From contig CAZUHH010000008.1 of NCBI GenBank assembly GCA_964620755.1, positions 191,172-255,171 of the forward strand: a stretch of 64,000 bases of DNA, in the 5' to 3' direction. This DNA comes from an uncultured Bacteroides sp. Lineage in GTDB: Bacteria; Bacteroidota; Bacteroidia; G022818785. Position numbers and translations under genes: made by a program. Shown here in pieces: positions 1-11,854 of this stretch. Within the stretch, counting starts at the first letter, position 1. Each line of letters starts with the position of its first letter. The notes under the pieces were generated by a model. That model was not told the origin of the DNA, did no database searches, and saw only the letters and a program-made list of their open reading frames with translations.

Positions 1-94
1 TTGAGTCTATTCCTCCACTAACTGCTAATAATATTTTAATATTATTACTTTTAATATTATTCTCATAGAGAAATTTTTCTATTTTTTTTATCAT
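1..94 (-). CDS. PP-loop ATPase N-terminus, probably tRNA(Ile)-lysidine synthetase (TilS); first 31 codons only, gene continues past window start
   Basis: Manual minus-strand translation from ATG at 94..92 gives MIKKIEKFLYENNIKSNNIKILLAVSGGIDS; SGGxDS PP-loop about 25 aa from N-terminus as in TilS. Not in ORF track because truncated by window edge. Confidence 0.45.
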   Translation of the reverse strand, partial: MIKKIEKFLYENNIKSNNIKILLAVSGGIDS

Positions 95-416
95 CTACAT
101 TTATAAATATTATAATAATTTTTTATACTTTATATAAGTGCCTATAGTTTTTTTATTAAATTTAGGCGAATAAATAACTTTTATTTTATTAAAATTATGA
201 TAATTTAATAATTTGTTAATTATCTTAATTAAGAGATTAATTATATATGTAATAATAATACAATCTATTAAAAAAAATATTTTCATAATATCACTTTAAA
301 TGAAGAATATTAATTTAATTATAATATAATATTATTAATAATTTTTGTCAAAAAATATATATGTTTATTTTACATAATAGTATATTTGGTTTATATAAAA
401 AAATAATATCATATTT

Positions 417-881
417 ATGATCACAATATATACTGACGGATCATCTAAAGGTAATCCTGGTCCAGGGGGGTGTGCTGCCATTATTAAATGTGGAAATTCA
501 TATAAAGAAATATCTAAGGGATTTAGAGTAACAACCAATAATAGAATGGAATTATTAGCTATAATTTTTGCATTAGAATATATTAGTTTAATTTTTTACG
601 TTAAAGATATATCTGTATTTTCTGACTCAAAATATGTTGTTAATTCTATACAAAAAGGATGGTTAGATAAATGGATAAAAAATGATTTTAAAAATATTAA
701 AAATAAAGATTTATGGATAAAGATTTACAAATTTATAAAAACATATATGATTAATTTTTATTGGATTAAAGGGCATTCTGATAATATATATAACAATAGA
801 TGTGATTTTTTAGCTAAAAATATAATAAGAAAAGATATTTCTAATATTGATCATTGGTTTGAAAATTATATCAATTATTAA
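417..881 (+). CDS. rnhA: Ribonuclease HI
   Basis: ATG start; N-terminal IYTDGSSKGNPGPGG motif and C-terminal GHSDNIYNNRCDFLAK typical of RNase H; 154 aa. Confidence 0.88.
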   Translation: MITIYTDGSSKGNPGPGGCAAIIKCGNSYKEISKGFRVTTNNRMELLAIIFALEYISLIFYVKDISVFSDSKYVVNSIQKGWLDKWIKNDFKNIKNKDLWIKIYKFIKTYMINFYWIKGHSDNIYNNRCDFLAKNIIRKDISNIDHWFENYINY

Positions 882-892
882 AGTAATATTTT

Positions 893-1687
893 ATGATATT
901 AAATTATATTCATTGGCATCCTAATCCTGTTATCATTGATATGAAATTTATCAAGTTAAGATGGTATGGATTATTATGGATTGTGGCTATATTTATCAGT
1001 AATTATATTATTAGATATAATATTAGTAATTATTTTTTTTATAAAAAAAAATTAATAGATAAACTTGAAATATATTCAGTATTTAGTGCTATTATAGGTG
1101 CAAGATTAGGACACTGTTTATTGTACAATTATGATTATTATATACATAATAAAGTAGAATTTTTATTTATATGGAATGGAGGTTTATCAAGTCATGGAAG
1201 CGCAATAGGATTACTTATAGGACTATATTATTTTGCAATAAAATATAAAATAAAGTATATAGAAATACTTGATTTGATTTCATTAATAGTACCTTTTTTT
1301 TGTTCTATAATTAGAATTGCTAATTTGATTAATTCTGAAATAATAGGAATTCCTACTAAATTACAATATGGATTTATTTTTGATAATATTGATTCAATAC
1401 CTAGACATCCAGTTCAATTATATGAGTCAATTTTATATTTGATATTATTTTTTGTTTTGATACAAAATTATAAAATTAATAAATTAAGAATAGGTGATGG
1501 TTATATTTTTTCTATTTTAATAACATTAATTTTCAGTTTTAGATTTGTAATAGAATTTTTAAAAGAATCAGAATATTTATACTATTTTAGTAGTATAAAA
1601 TTAAATATAGGGCAAATTTTAAGTATTCCATTTATAATATTTGGAGTATTGATATTAATATGTAAAAACTGTAAAAAAAATAATTAA
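893..1687 (+). CDS. lgt: Prolipoprotein diacylglyceryl transferase
   Basis: Multi-pass membrane protein with Lgt signatures WNGGLSSHGSAIGLL and RHPVQLYES. Confidence 0.85.
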   Translation: MILNYIHWHPNPVIIDMKFIKLRWYGLLWIVAIFISNYIIRYNISNYFFYKKKLIDKLEIYSVFSAIIGARLGHCLLYNYDYYIHNKVEFLFIWNGGLSSHGSAIGLLIGLYYFAIKYKIKYIEILDLISLIVPFFCSIIRIANLINSEIIGIPTKLQYGFIFDNIDSIPRHPVQLYESILYLILFFVLIQNYKINKLRIGDGYIFSILITLIFSFRFVIEFLKESEYLYYFSSIKLNIGQILSIPFIIFGVLILICKNCKKNN

Positions 1688-1705
1688 TTTTAAAATTAAA
1701 ATATT

Positions 1706-2512
1706 ATGAATATTATATTTAATTCTTCTATAGGAAAGAAAATAATTGTTGCATTAATGGGATTATTCTTATGTTTATTTTTAATAGTGCATTTAATTGG
1801 CAATCTTAAACTATTTATAAATGATTATGGATTTTCTTTTAATAAATATTCTGCATTTATGTCTAGTAATATAATTATTAAAATTTTTAGTTGGTTGTTA
1901 TATTTAAGTATTATTATTCATGTAACTATGAGTATTTATTTACTAATTAAAAGTAAAAAATCTAGATCAAAGAATTATTATTATATTAATAGAAAAAAAA
2001 ATTCTACTTGGATATCTAATAATATGGCTTTATTAGGCACAATAATATTATTTTTTATAATAGTACATATGTCTAATTTTTGGTGGAAATGTAAATTTGG
2101 ATATATACCTTATATAGAATATATAAAAGATGTTAAAAATAATTCAATTGTATCTTTTAGAGAAATTAATGATTTTGATATCATTAAAGATTATAGTTGT
2201 AATGGATTTTATTTTTATAACAATAAAGGTCAAGTAGTTTATATATATAGAAATTTATATAAAATAGTTGTAGAAACATTTAAAATATCGTGGATAGTTT
2301 TCATTTATATAATATCTATGATAGCTATATCTGCACATTTATTACATGGATTTCAAAGTGCTTTTAGAACTTTAGGTATAAATTTTCAGTATTATGGATA
2401 TATAATAAATATAATTGGTATTGCTATATTTTCTGTTTTAGTTCCACTATTATTTGCAATTATTCCTATTTATTTTTTTATTATAAATAATAATTTATTT
2501 TTTTTAACATGA
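1706..2512 (+). CDS. sdhC: Succinate dehydrogenase cytochrome b subunit
   Basis: Hydrophobic multi-TM protein with conserved His residues; stop overlaps sdhA start (ATGA); position upstream of sdhA-sdhB. Confidence 0.75.
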   Translation: MNIIFNSSIGKKIIVALMGLFLCLFLIVHLIGNLKLFINDYGFSFNKYSAFMSSNIIIKIFSWLLYLSIIIHVTMSIYLLIKSKKSRSKNYYYINRKKNSTWISNNMALLGTIILFFIIVHMSNFWWKCKFGYIPYIEYIKDVKNNSIVSFREINDFDIIKDYSCNGFYFYNNKGQVVYIYRNLYKIVVETFKISWIVFIYIISMIAISAHLLHGFQSAFRTLGINFQYYGYIINIIGIAIFSVLVPLLFAIIPIYFFIINNNLFFLT

Positions 2513-4479
2513 TATTAAATCCCAAAATACCCGAAGGAGATCTTCATTTAAAATGGACAAAATATAAGTCAACCGTTAATTTAATAAGTCCTAATAATAA
2601 AAAATTATATAATATAATTATTATTGGTTCAGGATTAGCTGGATCATCTGCAGCTGCTTCATTAGCAGAATTAGGATATAATGTCAAAATTTTTTGTTAT
2701 CAAGATTCTCCCCGTAGGGCTCATTCTGTTGCTGCTCAAGGTGGAATTAATGCTGCTAAGAATTATCAAAATGATGGAGATAGCATTTATAGATTATTTT
2801 ATGATACAATTAAAGGTGGTGATTACAGATCTAGAGAAGCTAATGTGTATAGATTGTCTGAAATAAGTGGTAGTATTATTGATCAATGTGTAGCACAGGG
2901 TATTCCATTTGCTAGAGAATATAATGGTTTATTAAGCAATAGATCATTTGGAGGAGTACAAGTATCCAGAACATTTTATGCTGCAGGTCAAACTGGGCAA
3001 CAATTATTGTTAGGTGCTTATGGATCTTTAATGCGTCAAGTTAATATGGGAAAAGTATTGTTATACAATAGGCATGAAATGATGGATATTGTTGTGAAAA
3101 ATAATATAGCTATTGGCGTCATAGTAAGAAATCTTGTAAATGGAAGTTTAGAGCGACATTTTGGGCATGCTATTATTTTAGCTTCTGGAGGCTATGGTAA
3201 TGTTTTTTATTTGTCAACAAATGCTATGAATAGTAATGTTACTGCAATTTGGCAAGCATATAAAAAAGGAGCTTTATTTGCTAATCCATGTTATGTTCAA
3301 ATACATCCAACATGTATACCTGTTTCAGGTGATTATCAATCAAAATTAACTTTAATGTCTGAATCATTAAGAAATGATGGTCGAATATGGGTACCTAAAT
3401 GTAAAAATGAAATACGAAATCCAAATGATATTAAAGAAATTGAACGTGATTATTATTTAGAAAGACGTTATCCTACTTTTGGTAATTTAGTGCCACGTGA
3501 TGTTGCTTCGAGAGCTGCAAAAGAAAGGTGTGATTTAGGTTATGGTGTTGGTAATTCTAAAATGGGTGTATATCTTGATTTTAAAGATGCTATTTATCGA
3601 TATGGTAAATTGGAATGCGGAATAGATAATTACACTAATGATTTAATATATAAAATAGGAGAAAAAGTTATTGAAAATAAATATGGTAATTTATTTTCTA
3701 TGTATAAACAAATAACAGGTATTAATCCTTATAAACATCCTATGACTATATATCCAGCTATTCATTACACTATGGGGGGATTATGGGTTGATTATGAATT
3801 AATGACTAATATAAAAGGATTATACGCAATTGGAGAATGCAATTTTTCTGATCATGGTGCAAATAGATTGGGAGCTTCGGCTTTAATGCAAGGCTTAGCA
3901 GATGGTTATTTTATTATATCTAATACATTAGGATCTTATTTATCTAAATATTCAAATAATAATACACAATATGAAATAAATCAATCTTTTAATAATGCTG
4001 AAATATTAGTAAAAAATAATATTGATAAATTATTGAATGTTCAAGGATCTAAGCCGGTTGATTATTTTCATAGAAAATTAGGTAAAATAATGTGGAATCA
4101 GTGTGGTATGTCACGCAATGAAGATAAATTAAAAGATGCAATTGATAAAATAAAATTATTAAAAAAAGAATTTTGGAATTGTGTTTTTATTAATGGAAAT
4201 AGCAAATCATTAAACATAGAATTGGAAAAAGGTATTAGATTAGCTAATTTTTTAGAAATGGGAGAATTGATGTGTATAGATGCATTAAATCGTAATGAAT
4301 CATGTGGTAGTCATTTTAGAGAAGAATATCAAACTAAGGATAATGAAGCCATGAGAGATGATAAAAATTATAGCTATATTGCCAATTGGGAATATTTATC
4401 ACATAATAAAACACATAAATTACATAAAGAAAATTTAATATTTTCTAATATATTACCATCAAAAAGAAGTTATAAATGA
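2509..4479 (+). CDS. sdhA: Succinate dehydrogenase flavoprotein subunit
   Basis: FAD-binding [13 protein letters not shown], covalent-FAD His region [18 protein letters not shown]; 656 aa. Confidence 0.95.
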   Translation: MILNPKIPEGDLHLKWTKYKSTVNLISPNNKKLYNIIIIGSGLAGSSAAASLAELGYNVKIFCYQDSPRRAHSVAAQGGINAAKNYQNDGDSIYRLFYDTIKGGDYRSREANVYRLSEISGSIIDQCVAQGIPFAREYNGLLSNRSFGGVQVSRTFYAAGQTGQQLLLGAYGSLMRQVNMGKVLLYNRHEMMDIVVKNNIAIGVIVRNLVNGSLERHFGHAIILASGGYGNVFYLSTNAMNSNVTAIWQAYKKGALFANPCYVQIHPTCIPVSGDYQSKLTLMSESLRNDGRIWVPKCKNEIRNPNDIKEIERDYYLERRYPTFGNLVPRDVASRAAKERCDLGYGVGNSKMGVYLDFKDAIYRYGKLECGIDNYTNDLIYKIGEKVIENKYGNLFSMYKQITGINPYKHPMTIYPAIHYTMGGLWVDYELMTNIKGLYAIGECNFSDHGANRLGASALMQGLADGYFIISNTLGSYLSKYSNNNTQYEINQSFNNAEILVKNNIDKLLNVQGSKPVDYFHRKLGKIMWNQCGMSRNEDKLKDAIDKIKLLKKEFWNCVFINGNSKSLNIELEKGIRLANFLEMGELMCIDALNRNESCGSHFREEYQTKDNEAMRDDKNYSYIANWEYLSHNKTHKLHKENLIFSNILPSKRSYK

Positions 4480-4486
4480 TATTATT

Positions 4487-5236
4487 ATGAATAATAAATT
4501 AAAATTAACATTAAAAGTATGGAGACAAGTAAGTTCAAATCATAAAGGTAAGTTTGAAAATTATACATTAAATGATATATCTCCAGATATGTCATTTTTA
4601 GAAATGTTTGATGTTTTAAATGAAAAACTTATCTATGCTAAAAAGGATCCAATTGCATTTGATCATGATTGTAGAGAAGGAATATGTGGATCTTGTTCTA
4701 TGTTTATAAATGGTAGGCCTCATGGTCCTAAAAATAGTATTACGACATGTCAATTACACATGAGATCTTTTAATTACGGTGATACTATAATTGTAGAACC
4801 ATGGAGATCAAATGCATTTCCTATTATAAAAGATTTAATAGTTGATAGATCTTCCTTTGACAGAATAATAACTAAAGGAGGTTATATATCGTTAAACACA
4901 GGTAATGCTGTAGATGCTAATGAAATTATTATTCCTAAATTAAATGCCGATAAATCTTTAGATGCTGCAGCGTGTATTGGATGTGGTGCTTGTGTAGCTG
5001 CTTGTAAAAATGCCTCTGCAATGTTATTTGTTGGCGCTAAAATATATCAATTCTCTCAATTACCACAAGGAATGCCAGAACAATCTAAAAGAGTTAAATC
5101 TATGATCAAGCAAATGGATAAAGAAGGATTCGGTAGTTGCACTAATACAGGTGCTTGTTCTGCTGAATGTCCTAAAAATATATCTTTAGATGTAATTAGT
5201 AGTTTAAATAAAGAATTAATAAAATCTATATTTTAA
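4487..5236 (+). CDS. sdhB: Succinate dehydrogenase iron-sulfur subunit
   Basis: Three Cys clusters [33 protein letters not shown] for 2Fe-2S/4Fe-4S/3Fe-4S centres. Confidence 0.9.
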   Translation: MNNKLKLTLKVWRQVSSNHKGKFENYTLNDISPDMSFLEMFDVLNEKLIYAKKDPIAFDHDCREGICGSCSMFINGRPHGPKNSITTCQLHMRSFNYGDTIIVEPWRSNAFPIIKDLIVDRSSFDRIITKGGYISLNTGNAVDANEIIIPKLNADKSLDAAACIGCGACVAACKNASAMLFVGAKIYQFSQLPQGMPEQSKRVKSMIKQMDKEGFGSCTNTGACSAECPKNISLDVISSLNKELIKSIF

Positions 5237-5241
5237 TAAAA

Positions 5242-6519
5242 TTAAATAATAACTTTATGAAAATCATTATTTAGATATTTTTTAGCAATATATTGTATTT
5301 GAATACTATTAACTGATTGTACGTTATCTATATAATTTTGATAGTAATTTATATATGATTTAATATTTAAAAAATTTTTAAACTTGTCAGATATTGAAAA
5401 TATATTATCGAAACTATTTATAAATTCTCCTAACATATATTGTTTAACCATATTTAATTCTTGTAAATTAACTTTATATTCACATATTTTTTTTATTTCA
5501 GTATCTATAATATCTAATGTTGTTTTAAGATAATTGTTATTAATGCAAGTATATATTATAAAAATAGATCGTTGTGAATATGGATATAAATGTGAACTTA
5601 CATTATAGGTATATCCTTTTTCTTCTCTTAAAATGTTCATTAATCTAGAATTATAATATCCTCCTAAAATAGTATTTATAAATTTTAATATAATATAATC
5701 TGAATCATTTTTAGTAATATCTAGGACTTTACCTATATATATAATAGATTGTGTTTTTTTAATTGTATGTATTTTATATGATCCTGTAGGTTCAGGTTGA
5801 ATTTTTTGAAATTTTTTACTAAAATTATAATATGTATTATTAGGCCATACAAAATCAAAACAATTTTTTAACATGTATAAAATATTATAGTTATTTTTAT
5901 GAGATGATAAGATAATTTTACAATTTTGTGTATTAAATGTTCTTTTATAAATGAATCTAATATTTTGAGGATGTATATTAATAATATCATTAATATCAGG
6001 TACATATCCATATAATGTATTTTTACCAAAAATAATTTTTTTAAATGCATTATTAGCTAAAACTTCATTATTCTTTGAGTTGTATATTAAATTTTGAATA
6101 GTATTAGTTTTATATGTTTCTATCTCATTATGTGAAAATATTGATTCTAATAAAATGGATTTTATAACAGGTAATATATTACCTATAAATTTATTCATTA
6201 CATAAATAGTAATATTAATGTATTCAACACAACTATATACATCGTAAGTAGTTCCATAATAATTTAATAATTCATGTAATGTAAATGAATTATATTTATT
6301 GGTGCCCGATAATATTAAATCATTAAAAGTTAGGTAATTAATAAAGTTTTTATCTAAAAAATGATTATGTGAAAATGTAAAATCTATTCTTGTTATTGTA
6401 TATTGCCCAGTAAAAAAACAAAATAATTCAATATTATTAGATAATTTGTATTTAATTGGAAAATTTAAATTTATATTTTTTATTTTATGGATAAACGGAT
6501 GTTTTAATTTCTTAATCAT
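5242..6519 (-). CDS. Peptidase M16 family protein, probably non-catalytic partner subunit (no HxxEH motif)
   Basis: Length and tandem position with the upstream M16 peptidase; lacks the inverted zinc-binding motif. Confidence 0.55.
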   Translation of the reverse strand: MIKKLKHPFIHKIKNINLNFPIKYKLSNNIELFCFFTGQYTITRIDFTFSHNHFLDKNFINYLTFNDLILSGTNKYNSFTLHELLNYYGTTYDVYSCVEYINITIYVMNKFIGNILPVIKSILLESIFSHNEIETYKTNTIQNLIYNSKNNEVLANNAFKKIIFGKNTLYGYVPDINDIINIHPQNIRFIYKRTFNTQNCKIILSSHKNNYNILYMLKNCFDFVWPNNTYYNFSKKFQKIQPEPTGSYKIHTIKKTQSIIYIGKVLDITKNDSDYIILKFINTILGGYYNSRLMNILREEKGYTYNVSSHLYPYSQRSIFIIYTCINNNYLKTTLDIIDTEIKKICEYKVNLQELNMVKQYMLGEFINSFDNIFSISDKFKNFLNIKSYINYYQNYIDNVQSVNSIQIQYIAKKYLNNDFHKVII

Positions 6520-6529
6520 ATTATAAAAA

Positions 6530-7768
6530 TTATTTTTTAGTATAATATAAAACTGATGAATTGTTTCTTTTAAAAATATTTTTAGCTATCTTTTTTATAT
6601 CATTATTATCTATAAAATCATATTTATTAATATAATCATTATAACTGTTAGCATTTTTGATCATTTCGAATAAAGCTAAATAAAAAGCTTTTTCAGTAAT
6701 ATTTATAAGTGACATTATATAAGTAAATTTTATTTTATTTTTTGCTTTTTGTATTTGGTAAATATTTATACCAAATTCTTTAATTTTTTCCATCTCATTT
6801 ATAATTGCTTTATAAGCCATTTCAATATCTATTCCACTTAAAATTTTACCTTTAATAATAAATAAACCAGATTCTATATTATCTGTTATATATGAATTAA
6901 TTGAAAAAAAAATCTTCTTTTTTATAATTAAATTATTATATAACAAAGAAGAAATATCAGAAGATATAGCATTAGATATTAAATTTAATATATAGTATTC
7001 TTTAGATAGAAATCCATCCATTTGCCATGATTGATATATCACATTATGTGTTATATTTTTTGTTTTTTTACAAAATTTAAATTTATTTTTTGAATCTTTT
7101 ATATTATAATTGATAGTTAATTTATGTTTATTAGCAATTTTTGAAAACCATTTTAATGCTAAATTATATATGTAATTTATATTCACATTACCTATAATAC
7201 TAATAATTGCATTTGAAGGATTATAATATTTATTATAAAATTCTTTTATATCATTAAGTGTTATTGAATTAATATGATCAATATTTTTTCCAATAACACA
7301 CCATTTATATGGATGACTATCATATGATAAATCTTGTAAAATTAATTCTGAATCCCCATATGGATTATTGTAATAATATTCCTTAAATTCTTCTATAACA
7401 ACTCTCTTATGTATTGCAAGTTTTTTATCTGAAAAAACCAAATTATTCATTCTATCAGATTCTAGCCAAAATATTGTTTCTATATTATATATTGGAAATT
7501 TTACATAATAATTTGTGTAATCTTGACTTGTAAAAGCATTGCTATATCCCCCTATTTTGCTAATTATATTATCATAATTGATTATATGTTTTGAACCGCT
7601 AAACATATAATGTTCAAATAGGTGTGCAATTCCCGTTTTGTTGGGATTTTCGTTTTTTGATCCTACTTTATATAGAATATTAAATACACCAACATCATAT
7701 GAATTTGATTCTTTCATTATAATAATTCGTAAATTGTTATAAAGTGTAAATTTATATATATTATTCAT
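6530..7768 (-). CDS. Peptidase M16 family zinc metalloprotease (insulinase/pitrilysin-like)
   Basis: Inverted zinc-binding motif [11 protein letters not shown] (HxxEH) near N-terminus; 412 aa. Confidence 0.8.
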   Translation of the reverse strand: MNNIYKFTLYNNLRIIIMKESNSYDVGVFNILYKVGSKNENPNKTGIAHLFEHYMFSGSKHIINYDNIISKIGGYSNAFTSQDYTNYYVKFPIYNIETIFWLESDRMNNLVFSDKKLAIHKRVVIEEFKEYYYNNPYGDSELILQDLSYDSHPYKWCVIGKNIDHINSITLNDIKEFYNKYYNPSNAIISIIGNVNINYIYNLALKWFSKIANKHKLTINYNIKDSKNKFKFCKKTKNITHNVIYQSWQMDGFLSKEYYILNLISNAISSDISSLLYNNLIIKKKIFFSINSYITDNIESGLFIIKGKILSGIDIEMAYKAIINEMEKIKEFGINIYQIQKAKNKIKFTYIMSLINITEKAFYLALFEMIKNANSYNDYINKYDFIDNNDIKKIAKNIFKRNNSSVLYYTKK

Positions 7769-7886
7769 ATATTTTATAATTCTGTTATTAAATAAAATTA
7801 ATTTTATATTACTTAATTTTATTCCAAAAATTTATATATTAGTATTAGTTCTATTTAATTATATAAATTTATGTAATATCATTAAA

Positions 7887-9569
7887 ATGCCACATATAAT
7901 CAATAAATATAGTAAAACCATAACACAGAATAAAAATCAGCCAGGAGCTAGAGCTATGTTGTATGCTGCTGGATTAAAAGATGAAGATTTTATTAATCCT
8001 ATTATAGGAATTGTTAGTGCTGGATATGAGGGTAATCCTTGCAACATGCATTTAAATAGTTTAGCAAAATTAGTTAAAAATGGTATGAAATCATCTAAAT
8101 TATTAGGATTAATTTTTAATACAATAGGAGTAAGTGATGGTATATCTATGGGTACATCTGGCATGAGATATTCGTTACCATCAAGAGAAATAATAGCAGA
8201 TTCAATTGAAGTTATTACTAATGCTCAATCTTATGATGGTATTATATCAGTTATGGGTTGTGATAAAAATATGCCAGGATCATTAATTGCAATGGCAAGA
8301 TTAAATAGGCCTAGTATAATGATATATGGAGGCACTATAAAAGCAGGATTATATCAAAATAGAAAATTAGATATTGCATCTGTATTTGAAGCCTTAGGTG
8401 AAAAATTTGCAAATAAAATTGATGATAATACATATAATAATATTATAAAAAATGCGTGTCCTGGACCTGGAGCTTGTGGTGGTATGTATACAGCCAATAC
8501 TATGGCAAGTGCAAGTGAAGCTTTAGGTATGAGTTTACCATATAGTGCTTCTTATTTAGCTATAAGTAATGATAAAAAAACAGAATGTCTTAATGTATCG
8601 CTATATATAAAAAAATTATTAATTAATGATATTAAACCTAGAGATATATTAACTAGAAAAGCTTTTGAAAATGCAGTTACCGTAATTATAGCTCTTGGTG
8701 GTTCAACAAATGCAGTTTTACATATTATTGCTATAGCAAAAGCTGCTAATATTGATTTTACAATTAAAGATTTTCAAAAAATAAGCGATAAAATACCTTA
8801 TTTAGCTGATTTTAGACCCAGTGGAAAATACTTAATGGAAGATATGCATTCTATAGGAGGAATACCATCTTTAATGAAAATGTTAATGAATAAAAATTTA
8901 ATACATGGAGATTGTATGACGGTTACAGGCTGTACAGTAGAAGAAAATTTAAATGAAGTGGAGCCTATTTCAAATAGTCAAAATATTATAAGAAGCTTTG
9001 ATAAGCCTATAAAAAGTAAAGGACATATACAAATTTTATATGGAAATCTTGCTTGTGAAGGTTCTGTTGCTAAAATAACTGGCCATGAAGGTGAATATTT
9101 TTCAGGCAAAGCACAGGTTTTTAACAGTGAAAGTGATATGATTAAAGCTGTGAAGGATAATATTATAAAAAAAGGTTCTGTTATTGTCATTAGATATTGT
9201 GGACCTAAAGGAGGTCCAGGTATGCCTGAAATGCTAAGCGCGACAGCAGCTGTTGTTGGTGCTGGATTAGGAAGAGATGTAGCACTTATAACAGATGGAA
9301 GATTTTCAGGAGGTACTCATGGTTTTGTTGTAGGTCATATAACTCCAGAAGCACAAGATGGAGGTACAATAGCATTGATTAAGGATGGAGATAAAATAAC
9401 AATAGATGTAATTAATAATTTATTAACTGTTGATCTATCTATTGAAGAAATAAATATTAGAAAAAAACATTGGAAAATGCCTCCATTTAAAGTTAAAAAT
9501 GGTATTTTAAAAAAATATATACATAGTGTATCTTCTGCTTCTAAAGGTTGTGTTACTGATATATTTTAA
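7887..9569 (+). CDS. ilvD: Dihydroxy-acid dehydratase
   Basis: [34 protein letters not shown] motifs; 560 aa. Confidence 0.95.
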   Translation: MPHIINKYSKTITQNKNQPGARAMLYAAGLKDEDFINPIIGIVSAGYEGNPCNMHLNSLAKLVKNGMKSSKLLGLIFNTIGVSDGISMGTSGMRYSLPSREIIADSIEVITNAQSYDGIISVMGCDKNMPGSLIAMARLNRPSIMIYGGTIKAGLYQNRKLDIASVFEALGEKFANKIDDNTYNNIIKNACPGPGACGGMYTANTMASASEALGMSLPYSASYLAISNDKKTECLNVSLYIKKLLINDIKPRDILTRKAFENAVTVIIALGGSTNAVLHIIAIAKAANIDFTIKDFQKISDKIPYLADFRPSGKYLMEDMHSIGGIPSLMKMLMNKNLIHGDCMTVTGCTVEENLNEVEPISNSQNIIRSFDKPIKSKGHIQILYGNLACEGSVAKITGHEGEYFSGKAQVFNSESDMIKAVKDNIIKKGSVIVIRYCGPKGGPGMPEMLSATAAVVGAGLGRDVALITDGRFSGGTHGFVVGHITPEAQDGGTIALIKDGDKITIDVINNLLTVDLSIEEINIRKKHWKMPPFKVKNGILKKYIHSVSSASKGCVTDIF

Positions 9570-9622
9570 TAATAATAAATATATAATTATATTTAAAATT
9601 ATAAATCTAAATAAATAAATCT

Positions 9623-11314
9623 ATGATTAATGGATCTGAAGCAATTATAGAATCTTTATTGAATGAAAATGTTACCACTATATTTGGATATCCAGGAGGG
9701 GCTATTATGCCGTTATATGATGCCTTATATAAATATAAACATACTATTAATCATATATTAGTACGACATGAACAGGGTGCAGTACATGCTGCTCAAGGTT
9801 ATTATAGAATAACAGGTAATATTGGAATATGTATTGCTACTTCTGGCCCAGGTGCAATAAATCTGTTAACAGGTATTACTGATGCTATGATGGATTCTAC
9901 AGCAATAATATGTATAACTGGTCAAGTTAATTCGAATTTGTTAGGTACAGATGCATTTCAAGAAGCTGATATAATTAGTATGACACATTCAATTACTAAA
10001 TGGAATTATCAAATAGTAGATTGTAATAGTATATCAGATATTATAGCTAAAGCTTTTCATATCGCATCTACAGGTAGGCCAGGTCCAATTTTGATTGATA
10101 TAACTAAAAATGCACAATTAGATAAATTAAATAAGAAGTTTTATTATAGCAAATGCAAGCATATTGATTTTTATTTACCTAAAAAAAAAGTAATTATAAA
10201 ATCTCTTAATAATATTGCTACAATAATTAATAATGCTAAACGTCCATATATATTGGCTGGACATGGTATTATAATTTCTAAAGCGCAAGATATTTTAGAA
10301 AAATTTATTGATAAAACTGACATACCTATAGCTTTAACTTTATTAGGTTTATCTGCTTTTCCTCATGATCATATTAATTATGTTGGTATGTTGGGTATGC
10401 ATGGTAATTATTCAGCTAATAAATTAATTCAGGAAGCAGATTTAATAATAGGTATAGGAATAAGGTTTGATGATAGAGTAACTGGCAATGTAGAATCTTT
10501 TGCTATAAATGCAAAAATTATTCATATTGATATTGATGCTGCTGAAATTAAAAAAATTATAAAAAATACTTATGAATATATAATAGGAGATGCTAATGAA
10601 ATTTTATCATTATTACTATCTTTAGTTGAAAAGCGAAATCACAAAAAATGGCTTAATATGTTTAAAGAATTGGACAATGAAGAAGTTAAACATATTATTA
10701 AAAATGATATTAATCCTATAAGTGGTAATATTAAAATGGGTGAGGTTATTAATTTATTGTCAATTAAAACTAAAGGAAATGCTGTAATAGTTGCAGATGT
10801 AGGTCAACATCAAATGTATGCTGCTAGATATTATAAATATCTTAAAAATAGTAGTTATATTACATCTGGAGGTTTAGGTACAATGGGGTTTGCTTTACCT
10901 GCAGCATTAGGTGTTAAAATAGGAGCACCAAATAAACAAGTGATTGTTATTGTAGGAGATGGAGGTTTTCAAATGACTATGCAAGAGCTAGGTACTATTA
11001 AGCAAAATAATCTTCCAATAAAAATTATTATTTTAAATAATGAATATTTAGGTATGGTAAGACAATGGCAACAATTATTTTTTGACAAGAGATATTCGTA
11101 TGTTGCAATGCAAAATCCTAATTTTGTCAAAATAGCTGAAAGTTTTAATATAAAGGGTAATAAAATCATAAATAGAGAAGATTTAAATAAAGGATTAGAT
11201 GATATGTTAAATTCAAATGATGCATTTTTGTTAGATATTTTAGTTTTAAGAGAATTAAATGTTTTTCCAATGATTCCTAGCGGTGCGTCTGTTTCTGATA
11301 TAAGATTACAATAA
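9623..11314 (+). CDS. ilvB: Acetolactate synthase large subunit
   Basis: ThDP-enzyme motifs GYPGGAIMPLYDAL and GDGGFQMTMQELGT; followed by small subunit. Confidence 0.9.
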   Translation: MINGSEAIIESLLNENVTTIFGYPGGAIMPLYDALYKYKHTINHILVRHEQGAVHAAQGYYRITGNIGICIATSGPGAINLLTGITDAMMDSTAIICITGQVNSNLLGTDAFQEADIISMTHSITKWNYQIVDCNSISDIIAKAFHIASTGRPGPILIDITKNAQLDKLNKKFYYSKCKHIDFYLPKKKVIIKSLNNIATIINNAKRPYILAGHGIIISKAQDILEKFIDKTDIPIALTLLGLSAFPHDHINYVGMLGMHGNYSANKLIQEADLIIGIGIRFDDRVTGNVESFAINAKIIHIDIDAAEIKKIIKNTYEYIIGDANEILSLLLSLVEKRNHKKWLNMFKELDNEEVKHIIKNDINPISGNIKMGEVINLLSIKTKGNAVIVADVGQHQMYAARYYKYLKNSSYITSGGLGTMGFALPAALGVKIGAPNKQVIVIVGDGGFQMTMQELGTIKQNNLPIKIIILNNEYLGMVRQWQQLFFDKRYSYVAMQNPNFVKIAESFNIKGNKIINREDLNKGLDDMLNSNDAFLLDILVLRELNVFPMIPSGASVSDIRLQ

Positions 11315-11324
11315 ATTATTTTTT

Positions 11325-11816
11325 ATGAAAAAACAATGTTATATTATACTTATTTATATTAAAAATGAGCTTGGAGTAATTAATAAGATATTAGGTATTT
11401 TTAATAGAAGAAGAATATTGATTTATAATATTTCTGTAGCACATTATAGCTCTAAAGCTATTTTTAGATTGGCTATCGAAGTTAATACCAATAAAGATAA
11501 AGTAGATACGATAACTAAATATATTAATAATGTCATAGAAGTTATTAAAGCAATTAATTGCCCTAAAGAAGATTTAATATGTAAATCTTCTATTTTATAT
11601 AGATTACCTATAAATAAGATTGATAATTATAATTCAATGATAAATAATTTATATAAAGACAGTAAAATACTATATATAGATAATCAATATTTAATTATTG
11701 AAAAATTGGTTGATAATAATGATATTGATAATATTTTAAATCAAAAAAATAAATTAAATGATATAGAATATCTAAAAATAGAATCTATAGGTTTAGTTAA
11801 AGATTTTTGTAATTGA
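11325..11816 (+). CDS. ilvN: Acetolactate synthase small (regulatory) subunit
   Basis: ACT-like N-terminus (ELGVINKILGIFNRRRI..NISV); sits between ilvB and ilvC. Confidence 0.7.
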   Translation: MKKQCYIILIYIKNELGVINKILGIFNRRRILIYNISVAHYSSKAIFRLAIEVNTNKDKVDTITKYINNVIEVIKAINCPKEDLICKSSILYRLPINKIDNYNSMINNLYKDSKILYIDNQYLIIEKLVDNNDIDNILNQKNKLNDIEYLKIESIGLVKDFCN

Positions 11817-11854
11817 ATATTAATATTTTGTTAACTTTTATAAAAAATATAATT

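Noticed and set aside
11813-11854. TTG start for ilvC overlapping the ilvN stop (track start)
   Set aside because: An in-frame ATG at 11855 gives the conserved KARI N-terminus (MAKINFGG...); the upstream 14 codons are probably untranslated.
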